Source: Candidatus Saccharimonadota bacterium
Lineage (GTDB): Bacteria > Patescibacteriota > Microgenomatia > UBA1406 > GWC2-37-13
Direction of reading: 5' to 3'
NCBI GenBank assembly: GCA_016700135.1
Contig: CP065004.1
Location: forward strand, 1 to 32,000
Length of the DNA stretch: 32,000 bases
Of the stretch, positions 1 to 8,276 are shown one piece after another. How positions within the stretch are numbered: the first letter of the stretch is position 1; each line of letters begins with the position of its first letter. The notes beneath the pieces are model-generated. The model did no database searches, was not told the DNA's origin, and saw nothing but the letters and a program-made list of their open reading frames with translations. Position numbers and translations under genes: made by a program.

Positions 1-2
1 TT

Positions 3-497
3 ATTTATTCACGCGGATATGAGGGAGAGCGTCTTTCAGCATCAATCGAGACTACCATTTTTCTCAGTGTCGTATACTTTCTTTTGGCCTGGGTGATCGG
101 GTGGCTAAAAGAAGAAATTGACCGGCTTATCGAGCGCGAAGCAAACGGTAAAAAGAGGCTCGAGACCATTTTTCAGCAGTTACCTGTAGGAGTATTAGTT
201 TCAGATAAAGATTTCTCAATTATTCAATCAAATCATCGTCTTTTTGAAATTCTGGGGATAAGCATACCTCTCGGGTTTAAAATGGATTCTGAAATATTAC
301 TTGACACTACAAATGCCTGTGAAAAAATAACCTTATCCGATTCTCCCATCACTCAGGCTATCAAAACAGGAAAATCCGTTTCTAACCGAGAGTTTGTCTT
401 TCAAAAAAAACGGAGACACCCGATATATTCAGGTCAGTGCTTCTCCGATCCGCAATCGCAACGAGGAAATTATTGCAGCAGCTTCCATTATTTCTGA
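3..497 (+). pseudogene. Sensor histidine kinase, N-terminal fragment (TM helix plus first half of a PAS domain). The 5' end lies outside the window and the reading frame breaks in an A8 run at 403-410.
   Basis: The frame is open from base 3 (IYSRGYEGERLSASIETTIFLSVVYFLLAWVIGWLKEE, a hydrophobic helix), so the TTG at 84 in the ORF track is unlikely to be the true start. LETIFQQLPVGVLVSDKDFSIIQSNHRLFEILG is PAS-like. After the A8 run the PAS domain continues only in the next frame. Confidence 0.6.
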
Positions 498-1209
498 TAT
501 CACCGATCAAAAGAAAATTGAACTCCGGAAGGACGACTTTGTCAATATGGCTTCTCATGAACTTAAGACCCCTCTTACCAGTATAAAACTGTATACCGAT
601 ATCATTGAACGCAAAATGAAACACTATCATGACCGGGAAATTCAGAAAATTATCGATAAAAATCAGGAACAAATCAGAAGACTGCAAATTCTGGTTGATG
701 ACCTTCTCGATGTTTCAAGAATCCAGACTGGAAAACTGACTTTTCAAAAGGAAATATTTGACATACACTCTGTCATTCAGGATACCATTGAACTTACCAA
801 AGAAGCCGCAGCCCATCATCCGATCGTATACAATCGAGGCAAACCTGTTCTTGTGTATGCGGATAAATTCAGAATTTATCAGGTTTTGACAAACCTCATT
901 ACCAATGCCGTCAAATACTCACCTAAAAACAGTGAGATCATTATCGTGACGGAGGTAGCTGATAAACAGGTCATTGTAAGCGTACAGGATTCAGGAATCG
1001 GGATACCGGAATCAGAACATGAAAAAATCTTTGAGCGTCTCTACCAGGTTTTTGAATCGGCCGATCAAAAATCACCCGGATTCGGGATGGGATTATTTAT
1101 TTCAAAGGAAATAATAAGAAAGCACAAGGGAAAAATATGGGTAGAAAGCGAACCGGGGAAAGGTTCTACCTTTTATATCTCGCTTCCTCTTGCGAAGAAA
1201 CCGTCATAA
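394..1209 (+). CDS. Sensor histidine kinase, C-terminal part (end of PAS, HisKA/DHp, HATPase_c). It continues the upstream fragment after a 1-nt frame shift.
   Basis: The end of the PAS domain reads KNGDTRYIQVSASPIRNRNEEIIAAASIISDITDQKK. The H-box is FVNMASHELKTPLTSI, the N-box is NLITNAVKYS, G1 is DSGIGIP and G2 is GFGMGL. The listed TTG start at 394 is probably an ORF-caller artefact; in-frame homology begins at about 403. Confidence 0.85.
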   Translation: MSFKKNGDTRYIQVSASPIRNRNEEIIAAASIISDITDQKKIELRKDDFVNMASHELKTPLTSIKLYTDIIERKMKHYHDREIQKIIDKNQEQIRRLQILVDDLLDVSRIQTGKLTFQKEIFDIHSVIQDTIELTKEAAAHHPIVYNRGKPVLVYADKFRIYQVLTNLITNAVKYSPKNSEIIIVTEVADKQVIVSVQDSGIGIPESEHEKIFERLYQVFESADQKSPGFGMGLFISKEIIRKHKGKIWVESEPGKGSTFYISLPLAKKPS

Positions 1210-2004
1210 CAATGATAAAATAATCGGCTTGATCTCAGGATGACAGGCAATAAGGCTATATCGTTTCTTTCTGTCTGACAAATCAAGTTCAATTTCCTTC
1301 CCTTTCCAGTCAAACACTACCCCTCCTGCCTCCTCAATGATGATTTTCCCGGCCGATATATCCCATATAAACGGTCCTTTATCAACGGATGTTCCAATCT
1401 CATTTCCGGCTACTTTTGCAAGATCGAGAGCTACTGCTCCGAAAGCACGTACGCCTCTATACGAAGGCATCAATTTTTCAATAAGCGGCAACTGATCGGC
1501 ATTCCGCATCGTCTCGCCGAAGTTGGTGCTCATCATCAAATTCTTGGTATCAAGGCGTTTCATGTTTAGAGATACATTCTTTCCTCCTATGATAACCATT
1601 GCCCCTCTCCCTTTTTCAGCAAAGTACATTTCATCATGGGCAGGTCTGTAAATCAACCCTGCCTGAAGTTCTCCTTTATAAAAATATGCCAGAGAACTGC
1701 AAAAATAATCTATTCCCGATGCGAAGTTTGAAGTCCCGTCGATCGGATCAATCACAAAATGATGCTTCCCTTCCGTATTCAGATCTTCTTCCCCGATAAA
1801 CCCGATATCTTCCTCATTGATCCCTTTCGATTTTTTCATTTCACGTACAATACACTGCTCCATCACATTCTGCGATTCTTTATCCGCTTTCGTGACAATA
1901 TTCTGATGATCTGTTTTGTGCGAAATATCAAGTTCTGTTGTACGGAAGTATCGCAGCTGGATTTTTGCGGCAGCACGGGCTGCATTTTGAAGGATATCGA
2001 ACAT
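1204..2004 (-). CDS. suhB: Inositol monophosphatase family protein (SuhB/IMPase-like)
   Basis: Family motifs are present: FIGEE, VIDPIDGTSNF and WDISAGKIIIEEAGG. The length of 266 aa is typical. Its stop overlaps the kinase stop by 6 nt (convergent). Confidence 0.8.
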   Translation of the reverse strand: MFDILQNAARAAAKIQLRYFRTTELDISHKTDHQNIVTKADKESQNVMEQCIVREMKKSKGINEEDIGFIGEEDLNTEGKHHFVIDPIDGTSNFASGIDYFCSSLAYFYKGELQAGLIYRPAHDEMYFAEKGRGAMVIIGGKNVSLNMKRLDTKNLMMSTNFGETMRNADQLPLIEKLMPSYRGVRAFGAVALDLAKVAGNEIGTSVDKGPFIWDISAGKIIIEEAGGVVFDWKGKEIELDLSDRKKRYSLIACHPEIKPIILSLL

Positions 2005-2267
2005 ACAGGCATTATACCATGCTTACAATGCGCAATAATCTCACCTGACAATCACACGAAGTAACCAAAATTTGTGAATGAAGTGGATGTTTGAGCTGAC
2101 AGGATTATGGCGAGTTCACTTCTGAACAAATTTTCGGTTACGAGTCATTCACTGTAAAACCTGAATCTCGTCCCGAGGGAGATAAGCCTTTGTCTCAAAG
2201 TTCAGGATAACAGAAATTGCGAACCATTCTCACCGTTCCTCTTTCGACATGATAAAATACTAAGTAT

Positions 2268-3278
2268 ATGAAATTACTTGTCACAGGAGGAGCCGGCTTT
2301 ATCGGCGCAAACTTCATCCATTACTGGTTGCGTCAGCACCCGGAAGATCAAATCATCAACTTTGATGCTCTGACCTATGCCGGCAATCTTGAAAACCTCA
2401 AACCCGTTGAAGAAAATCCCAACTACTCATTTGTTAAAGGCGATATCTGTGACCGGACGGCAGTTGATCAGGTCATGACAGAAGTTGATACCGTGGTCCA
2501 TTTTGCGGCAGAAAGTCATGTCGACAGATCCATTCAGGATGCCACCCCTTTTGTAAAAACGAATGTCCTCGGTACACAGGTTCTTCTGGAATCGGCATTA
2601 AAAAATGGGGGAAAAAGATTTCATCATATATCAACAGACGAGGTTTTCGGTGCGCTTGAACTCGGAACCTCCGAGAAATTCCATGTCGATACTCCCTACA
2701 ATCCCCGCAGTCCGTACTCAGCCTCAAAAGCAGGATCAGATCATCTTGTCCGTGCATATTACACAACGTACGAATTGCCCATAACAATTTCAAACTGTTC
2801 CAATAATTACGGTCCGTATCACTTCCCGGAAAAGCTCTTTCCTCTTGCGATAACAAATATCATTGAAGGAAAAAAAGTACCGGTCTACGGAGACGGCCAA
2901 TATGTCCGTGACTGGCTGTATGTCGAAGATCACTGTCTGGCAATAGATGCAATCCTGACCAAAGGACAAATCGGCGAGACATATTTGATCGGCGGTTTGA
3001 CCGATGATATTTCCAATCTTGACGCAATCAAAAAAATTCTTACGATAATGGGAAAAGGGGAAGACATGATCGAATATGTCAAAGACCGGCCCGGCCATGA
3101 CAGACGGTATGCTATTGACTGGAGCCGCACAAAAGAACAACTCGGATGGGAACCGCAGTATAATTTTGAAACAGGCATTGAAAAAACAATCCAGTGGTAT
3201 CGCGAAAATGACAGCTGGTGGCGGGATGTCAAATCCGGAGCCTATCAGGAATATTATCAGAAACAATACAATCAATGA
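2268..3278 (+). CDS. rfbB: dTDP-glucose 4,6-dehydratase
   Basis: The Rossmann motif is MKLLVTGGAGFIGANF. The catalytic YSASKAGSDHLVRAY (YxxxK) and the motifs DALTYAGN, HFAAESHVDRS, STDEVFG and RPGHDRRYAID are all classic RmlB. Confidence 0.93.
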   Translation: MKLLVTGGAGFIGANFIHYWLRQHPEDQIINFDALTYAGNLENLKPVEENPNYSFVKGDICDRTAVDQVMTEVDTVVHFAAESHVDRSIQDATPFVKTNVLGTQVLLESALKNGGKRFHHISTDEVFGALELGTSEKFHVDTPYNPRSPYSASKAGSDHLVRAYYTTYELPITISNCSNNYGPYHFPEKLFPLAITNIIEGKKVPVYGDGQYVRDWLYVEDHCLAIDAILTKGQIGETYLIGGLTDDISNLDAIKKILTIMGKGEDMIEYVKDRPGHDRRYAIDWSRTKEQLGWEPQYNFETGIEKTIQWYRENDSWWRDVKSGAYQEYYQKQYNQ

Positions 3279-4099
3279 AAATTGCAGTAACAGGTGCAAA
3301 CGGACTAGTCGGATCACGGATAGTAGAACTTTTGAAAAGCAAGCATGACATGATTGCTTTTGAGAGTCGTGATCTTGATATTACCGATAAGCCGACAGTT
3401 TCCTCTGTACTGGGAAAAACCGAATACGATCTGCTTTTCCATTTGGCCGCATATACAAACGTTGACGGCGCGGAAACCGAAAAAGAAAAGGCACATGATG
3501 TAAATGTCAAAGGCACAAAAAATCTTTTCGACGAGGTCAGGAATGCAGGCAAAAAAATGATATATGTTTCGACGGATTTTGTATTTGATGGGAAAATTCC
3601 ACCTTTTGATGAAAAAAGTAAACCGAATCCCATCGGATACTACGGACAAACGAAGTATGAAGGAGAGCAGGTTGTGGATAATCAGGCTATGATTGTCCGC
3701 ATCAGTTATCCATATGGATACGCTTCAGAAAAGAAGCCGGATTTCGTCCAGAGACTACGGAAAATCCTTGAACACAATAAACCGATCACCATGATCGCCG
3801 ATTCAGCAATGACCCCTACCTTTATCGATGATATTGCGATGGGACTTGAATATCTAGCTACTCATTACAAACCGGAGATTTATCATCTGGTAGGTACAAA
3901 ATCATATACGCCCTTCGAAGTCGGGACTATCATTGCGAAGCACTATGAACTGCCTGAATCACTTATCATGCCGACAACTTACAAAGAATATATGAAAGGA
4001 AAAGCCGAAAGACCGCAGTATTCGATAATTATGACATCAAAGAATATCTTCACACCGATGAAGACATTTGAAGAAGGACTTGCACTTCTGGATTCCTAA
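3275..4099 (+). CDS. rfbD: dTDP-4-dehydrorhamnose reductase (RmlD-type SDR)
   Basis: The start is placed at MKIAVTGANGLVGSRI, where the ATG at 3275 overlaps the rmlB TGA (ATGA), rather than the ORF-track start at 3218. STDFVFDG and YGQTKYEGEQ (YxxxK) match the RmlD substrate-binding family. Confidence 0.82.
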   Translation: MKIAVTGANGLVGSRIVELLKSKHDMIAFESRDLDITDKPTVSSVLGKTEYDLLFHLAAYTNVDGAETEKEKAHDVNVKGTKNLFDEVRNAGKKMIYVSTDFVFDGKIPPFDEKSKPNPIGYYGQTKYEGEQVVDNQAMIVRISYPYGYASEKKPDFVQRLRKILEHNKPITMIADSAMTPTFIDDIAMGLEYLATHYKPEIYHLVGTKSYTPFEVGTIIAKHYELPESLIMPTTYKEYMKGKAERPQYSIIMTSKNIFTPMKTFEEGLALLDS

Positions 4100-4104
4100 T
4101 CGGA

Positions 4105-5562
4105 CTACACCATCTGATTCGGAATTTCTACGATTTCCCGTGTTGACTCATTCAGCAGCACAGGTACAGGCAACAACTCTTTCTGTTGTACCAGTTTTGA
4201 AAATACTGTATTGTTGAGAATCAAATTCAAAAAGTTATAGTTCACTCCCCGATATCCGGTCATTGCTTTCTCATCATTAAGGACAGCTTGCGGGACAGCG
4301 GTTACTACAAACAATACATGAGGCTTCTCAGAATTATTAGCATGCAGTACTGCGTGCTGAATTTCTGCTTGGTCCAGTGCATCCTGTTCCGTTGACGGAC
4401 TTGCCTTCAGTGTCTGGTGTCCGGGATCAAGCTGGCCGACATGTATACCGTCAAACGATATGCTTCCGTACTTCTCACCGTGTGTCGCAAGCGGATGGTG
4501 AGGATGCCCCTCATTCATATAAAATCCGAGTAAATACTGATTCGCTAAATTCCTTGCTGCTGTATAGTAAAAGGCACGAACCTGATTATCCGTAAGCAAG
4601 TTCAGATTGGAATTTCTTATATACTTCTGCAGCTCATCAATAAACGGTTTATACTCCATGAGTGTTGATGAAATATGATAATTCATATCCTCAAACGGTA
4701 TAATTGATTCAGGCATGACGAATGATTCCTTAAATAGGCCTATCTTTGAGTATTTTTTTCCGTACAGATCCTGAATGTACGGACCGAATGACGGGAAAAG
4801 CCGTTGTGCAATATCAACGGTACTGAGCGGAGTTTCTTCATCATTGCCCATAAATGTCAGTCCGAGAGTATCAGTGTCGCTTAATCCCAACACCGTAACT
4901 TTCTTCATGGTGGGAAGTCTCAATTCTTTTCTTACAGCGTTAAATGAATCCCGAATTACCGCCTTCCGTTCCTGCAGTAGTTTGATTCCCGTTTTGACCA
5001 GATTTGCATCCGCCGGCAATGTGCCGTTGTTTTCCTGCATGATTAATCGTTTCAGCGCAGCACAGCCATGATCAAGTGGGGCTGATCTTGAAGTATGAAT
5101 CTTCATGAGTTCAAATATCTCACCTTTCTGCTTTGCTACTGACAAAATGGCCGCACGCAATCTTCCCGATGCAAGATGTTTTTTTCCGTTTCTGTAGATC
5201 AAAGTCGGTATTCCTGCAGATATTGACCAACGGCTGAAAACCTTTCCGTCCTGAATGACCCGGGATTCCCGACCGTCAATACATGCAATTTTCCCCGCTC
5301 TTACGTTCGGGAACAAATTTTTTGCCAATTGAGTAAAAAGCTGGAATTCCGGTGATAAATATTTCTTTGTAATAAACTCATGTCTGCCCAGGTATGAAGA
5401 AACCCTTTCAATATTCTCTTGGGAAAGCGACGATTTTGAAGAAAAGAACTCTTTGCAATAGGAACTCAGGTATTTGGTCAGTGCCGATTTATGATGTCTG
5501 TTCAGTGCATAGCGATGTACGGAAGAATCGTTAGCGTGTTTTGTTTGATTTTTATGTTTCAT
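4105..5562 (-). CDS. Hypothetical protein with a beta-carbonic-anhydrase / CsoSCA-like (carboxysome shell CA-like) metal-site signature
   Basis: This is a 485-aa uninterrupted ORF. Motifs are C94-I-D96-G-R98, F109-S-R111-W-S-I-S-A-G117, H156-TSRSAPLDHG-C167-AA (His-x10-Cys), LGLSDTDTLGL (225-235) and HGEKYGSISFDG (361-372). From memory these resemble Halothiobacillus CsoSCA segments. The functional call is inference. Confidence 0.55.
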   Translation of the reverse strand: MKHKNQTKHANDSSVHRYALNRHHKSALTKYLSSYCKEFFSSKSSLSQENIERVSSYLGRHEFITKKYLSPEFQLFTQLAKNLFPNVRAGKIACIDGRESRVIQDGKVFSRWSISAGIPTLIYRNGKKHLASGRLRAAILSVAKQKGEIFELMKIHTSRSAPLDHGCAALKRLIMQENNGTLPADANLVKTGIKLLQERKAVIRDSFNAVRKELRLPTMKKVTVLGLSDTDTLGLTFMGNDEETPLSTVDIAQRLFPSFGPYIQDLYGKKYSKIGLFKESFVMPESIIPFEDMNYHISSTLMEYKPFIDELQKYIRNSNLNLLTDNQVRAFYYTAARNLANQYLLGFYMNEGHPHHPLATHGEKYGSISFDGIHVGQLDPGHQTLKASPSTEQDALDQAEIQHAVLHANNSEKPHVLFVVTAVPQAVLNDEKAMTGYRGVNYNFLNLILNNTVFSKLVQQKELLPVPVLLNESTREIVEIPNQMV

Positions 5563-5741
5563 ACCGGGAATTATACTCCGATTAAATAATAGTAGATAAT
5601 TTACTCCCGTACTAACCGGTTCTCAATATATCACCGATATGTATAACGCTTTTTTACTATAGCTCCTATATTTAGGCTATATTTCTCACTTTACATTAAC
5701 TTAAAAAGAAAATTAACAATATCAATTAATTCTATAAGATT

Positions 5742-6935
5742 ATGCCCCAAACTGAGTACTGTCATAACCTCGGACCTGAACAACTTTCTTCACCGGAATT
5801 GGTGACGTTGTCACCTGAGCGTCTTTACAAAGATAATCAATCGTATCCTGCATACAATGCACGGGGTGAATGGGACGACTTGCATGATAAAGGAGAACTT
5901 GATCTGATATGGGGATGTGCCGATGCCCGGCTTATTTTACCGGCAAATGCTTTTTATCTGCGATCTATCGCGGCAGCCGGTACCAGAGAGCCGTTTATCC
6001 CGCTTCTTCAGTTTTGCCGGGGAGTCACAGTTGTGGCTCATTACGATGGGGAAACTGCATTGCCCGGTGTCCGACCGAACGGGTGCGGCGGACAGGACGG
6101 GAAAGCCCATTTAGAAAAAAACGGAAATTATGATCCTCATATCCACAAAGGAGATATTACCGAATTCGTCCATAACTTAGTCACTCATGAGGACCCGGTA
6201 TTAAACGCTGTCGTAACCGCCTCACAAATTGCACGATACACTGATACTCCGACCACTGCATTGGCACAGGATCATCTCACGGGTAAAAACAAAGTACTTG
6301 CCGTTTACTCCGATCGGGGAAGATCAGTCAACAGCTGCATCCCGATCGAACAGATGATTAAAGCAATGACCCAAAATAGTTACGATCCCGAAGCGGTCTA
6401 CGCGGAAGGAGTTCCGGCACTTGATACGGGAAGTATTCCTGAGTTTATCGCTGAGTTGCTGGAAAGAAAGGAACGGGTCCTGAGAGGAATAAACAGTGCA
6501 ATACCGAACCTGCCTTCATATCAAAAAATTCAAAATCCGCACACATTGCTTATATCAACTGACCCACGACCAGCAAAAGTCAAATATCCGAACACATTCG
6601 GATTTCCGAATCAGGTTTTTGCACTGCGGGGACCGCGCATGTATCATCAGGACAGAGGTTTTCAGATCAATGAACCGGCAATAGCTGAAATCACACAACA
6701 GGCGCAGTATGCTGTAACTCATGCACTTGAACATGCACAACAGCCCGGTTCATCCTTTAGTACTCTGCGGAATATTTTTGTTGAAACCCGGCATCCGGAC
6801 TCCAGCGAAGCCATCATTCAGTCTTTGCTCTCAAAACCGTGGATGCAGGATTTTCTGGCTTTGCCGCATGCTCAAATCCTTTCCGGCATCATCGATCAGG
6901 GAATATTGCAGGATTGTCAGAAAATTACTGTATAA
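5742..6935 (+). CDS. Hypothetical protein, a divergent paralogue of the neighbouring gene, with a beta-CA-like C-x-D-x-R / His / Cys-Gly-Gly signature
   Basis: This is a 397-aa ORF. Motifs are C59-A-D61-A-R63, F71-Y-L-R74-S-I-A-A-A-G80 and H100-x14-C115-G-G. The order and spacing match the protein at 4105-5562. C-terminal helices also look related (QAQYAVTHALEHAQQP against QAEIQHAVLHANNSEKP). Confidence 0.5.
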   Translation: MPQTEYCHNLGPEQLSSPELVTLSPERLYKDNQSYPAYNARGEWDDLHDKGELDLIWGCADARLILPANAFYLRSIAAAGTREPFIPLLQFCRGVTVVAHYDGETALPGVRPNGCGGQDGKAHLEKNGNYDPHIHKGDITEFVHNLVTHEDPVLNAVVTASQIARYTDTPTTALAQDHLTGKNKVLAVYSDRGRSVNSCIPIEQMIKAMTQNSYDPEAVYAEGVPALDTGSIPEFIAELLERKERVLRGINSAIPNLPSYQKIQNPHTLLISTDPRPAKVKYPNTFGFPNQVFALRGPRMYHQDRGFQINEPAIAEITQQAQYAVTHALEHAQQPGSSFSTLRNIFVETRHPDSSEAIIQSLLSKPWMQDFLALPHAQILSGIIDQGILQDCQKITV

Positions 6936-6980
6936 TTCTGTTACTTGTTTTTTCGCGTGCAATTATATATCATTTCACAT

Positions 6981-8276
6981 ATGACAATCACATTTATCGG
7001 CCATGGTTATGTCGGCCTTGTGACAGCCTGTGTCTTCGCCGACTTCGGAAATAATGTATGGGTTGTCGGGCGTACGCCTGACAAAATCGAGCGGTTGAAG
7101 AACGGAGATCCGCTTATTTATGAACCGGGCCTCGAAGAACTCCTCCAAAAGAACCTTGAAGCCGGCCGCATCCATTTTACGTTAGATTATGACAAAGCTA
7201 TTCCCGAATCTGATGTTGTGTTTATTGCAGTGGGAACACCTCCTACATCTACCGGAGAAGCAGATCTTTCATCGGTCCTTGATGTCGCAACCAATATCGG
7301 GAAAAATCTGAAAAAAGGGTATACTGTTGTCTCATGCAAAAGTACCGTTCCTGTGGGAACGAATCTGAAAGTTGAAGAAATTCTGAACAAAGTCAAACCT
7401 GAAGGAGCCGAAGTCGACGTCGCATCCTGCCCTGAGTTTTTGCGGGAAGGAACCGCCATCAATGATACCGTGTATCCTGACCGGGTAGTAATCGGATCAA
7501 AATCTCAAAAAGCAGTTAAGAAACTCCTAGAAGTTCATAAACCTCTCCCCGGAGAACGTGTTATTACTGACTTGGCAAGTGCTGAGATAATCAAGTATGC
7601 ATCAAACGCCATGCTCGCCACCAAAATCGCTTTTGCCAATCTGATTTCCCTGTATGCAGAGAAAACGGGAGGAGATATTGAAACCATCACAAAAGCAGTC
7701 GGCGCCGATAATCGTATCGGACACAAGTTCCTCAGTGCCGGGATCGGATACGGGGGTTCATGCTTCCCGAAAGACGTCATGGCCTTGAACGAAACAGGCA
7801 AACATCTGGAACTCGACACAGGACTGCTAGATGCCGTCGAACGGATAAACAGAACAGTACGGGATAATTTTATTCATAAAGTTAACGCAAATGTGAAAGG
7901 CAAGAAACTGGCGGCCTGGGGTCTGGCATTCAAGCCGAATACGGATGATATCCGTTTCGCTCCTGCTGTTTATATTATCGAAGATCTTTTGAAAATGGGA
8001 TACGAGATTAGTGCTTTCGATCCGGCTGCCATGTCCAATGTACGGCGCACGGTCGGTGACAAAATCACATATGTTGATGACATGTACGAAGCGGTAGAAG
8101 GGGCAGATGCGCTGCTGATTTTTACTGAATGGAATGAGTTCAAACAGGCTAATCTGGAAAAAGTAAAGAAAGCACTCAGCGCTCCGCTTATTATTGACGG
8201 ACGAAATCTCTATCAACCGCAGGAAATGAAAGATCGGGGATTTACTTATATTTCTACCGGAAGACAAGCAGTATGA
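6981..8276 (+). CDS. ugd: UDP-glucose 6-dehydrogenase
   Basis: The start is placed at MTITFIGHGYVGLVTA (ATG 6981, Rossmann GxGxxG). The catalytic-Cys motif GGSCFPKD and the FKPNTDDIR motif are present. The 12 codons upstream in the ORF track have no homology. Confidence 0.92.
   Translation: MTITFIGHGYVGLVTACVFADFGNNVWVVGRTPDKIERLKNGDPLIYEPGLEELLQKNLEAGRIHFTLDYDKAIPESDVVFIAVGTPPTSTGEADLSSVLDVATNIGKNLKKGYTVVSCKSTVPVGTNLKVEEILNKVKPEGAEVDVASCPEFLREGTAINDTVYPDRVVIGSKSQKAVKKLLEVHKPLPGERVITDLASAEIIKYASNAMLATKIAFANLISLYAEKTGGDIETITKAVGADNRIGHKFLSAGIGYGGSCFPKDVMALNETGKHLELDTGLLDAVERINRTVRDNFIHKVNANVKGKKLAAWGLAFKPNTDDIRFAPAVYIIEDLLKMGYEISAFDPAAMSNVRRTVGDKITYVDDMYEAVEGADALLIFTEWNEFKQANLEKVKKALSAPLIIDGRNLYQPQEMKDRGFTYISTGRQAV

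Noticed and set aside
382-687. A 101-aa minus-strand ORF overlapping the kinase frameshift region
   Set aside because: It is antisense to the clear PAS/HisKA coding sequence and has no motif. The frame break is better explained by the A8 indel.
2005-2267. A possible riboswitch or structured leader in the 263-bp spacer upstream of rmlB. Candidate pairings are GTGAATGA 2074-2081 with TCATTCAC 2145-2152, GAAGTG 2080-2085 with CACTTC 2117-2122, GTAACC 2061-2066 with GGTTAC 2136-2141, and CCTGAA with TTCAGG near 2160-2206.
   Set aside because: The helices are short (6-8 bp) and partly mutually exclusive. I cannot match them to any riboswitch consensus I know. Without covariation data this cannot be distinguished from chance. 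It may still be worth a covariance-model (Rfam) scan.
2790-3317. A 175-aa ORF on the minus strand, along with similar antisense ORFs at 2473-2856, 3229-3633 and 7827-8267
   Set aside because: All lie antisense to the confidently identified rmlB, rmlD and ugd genes and have no recognisable motifs.
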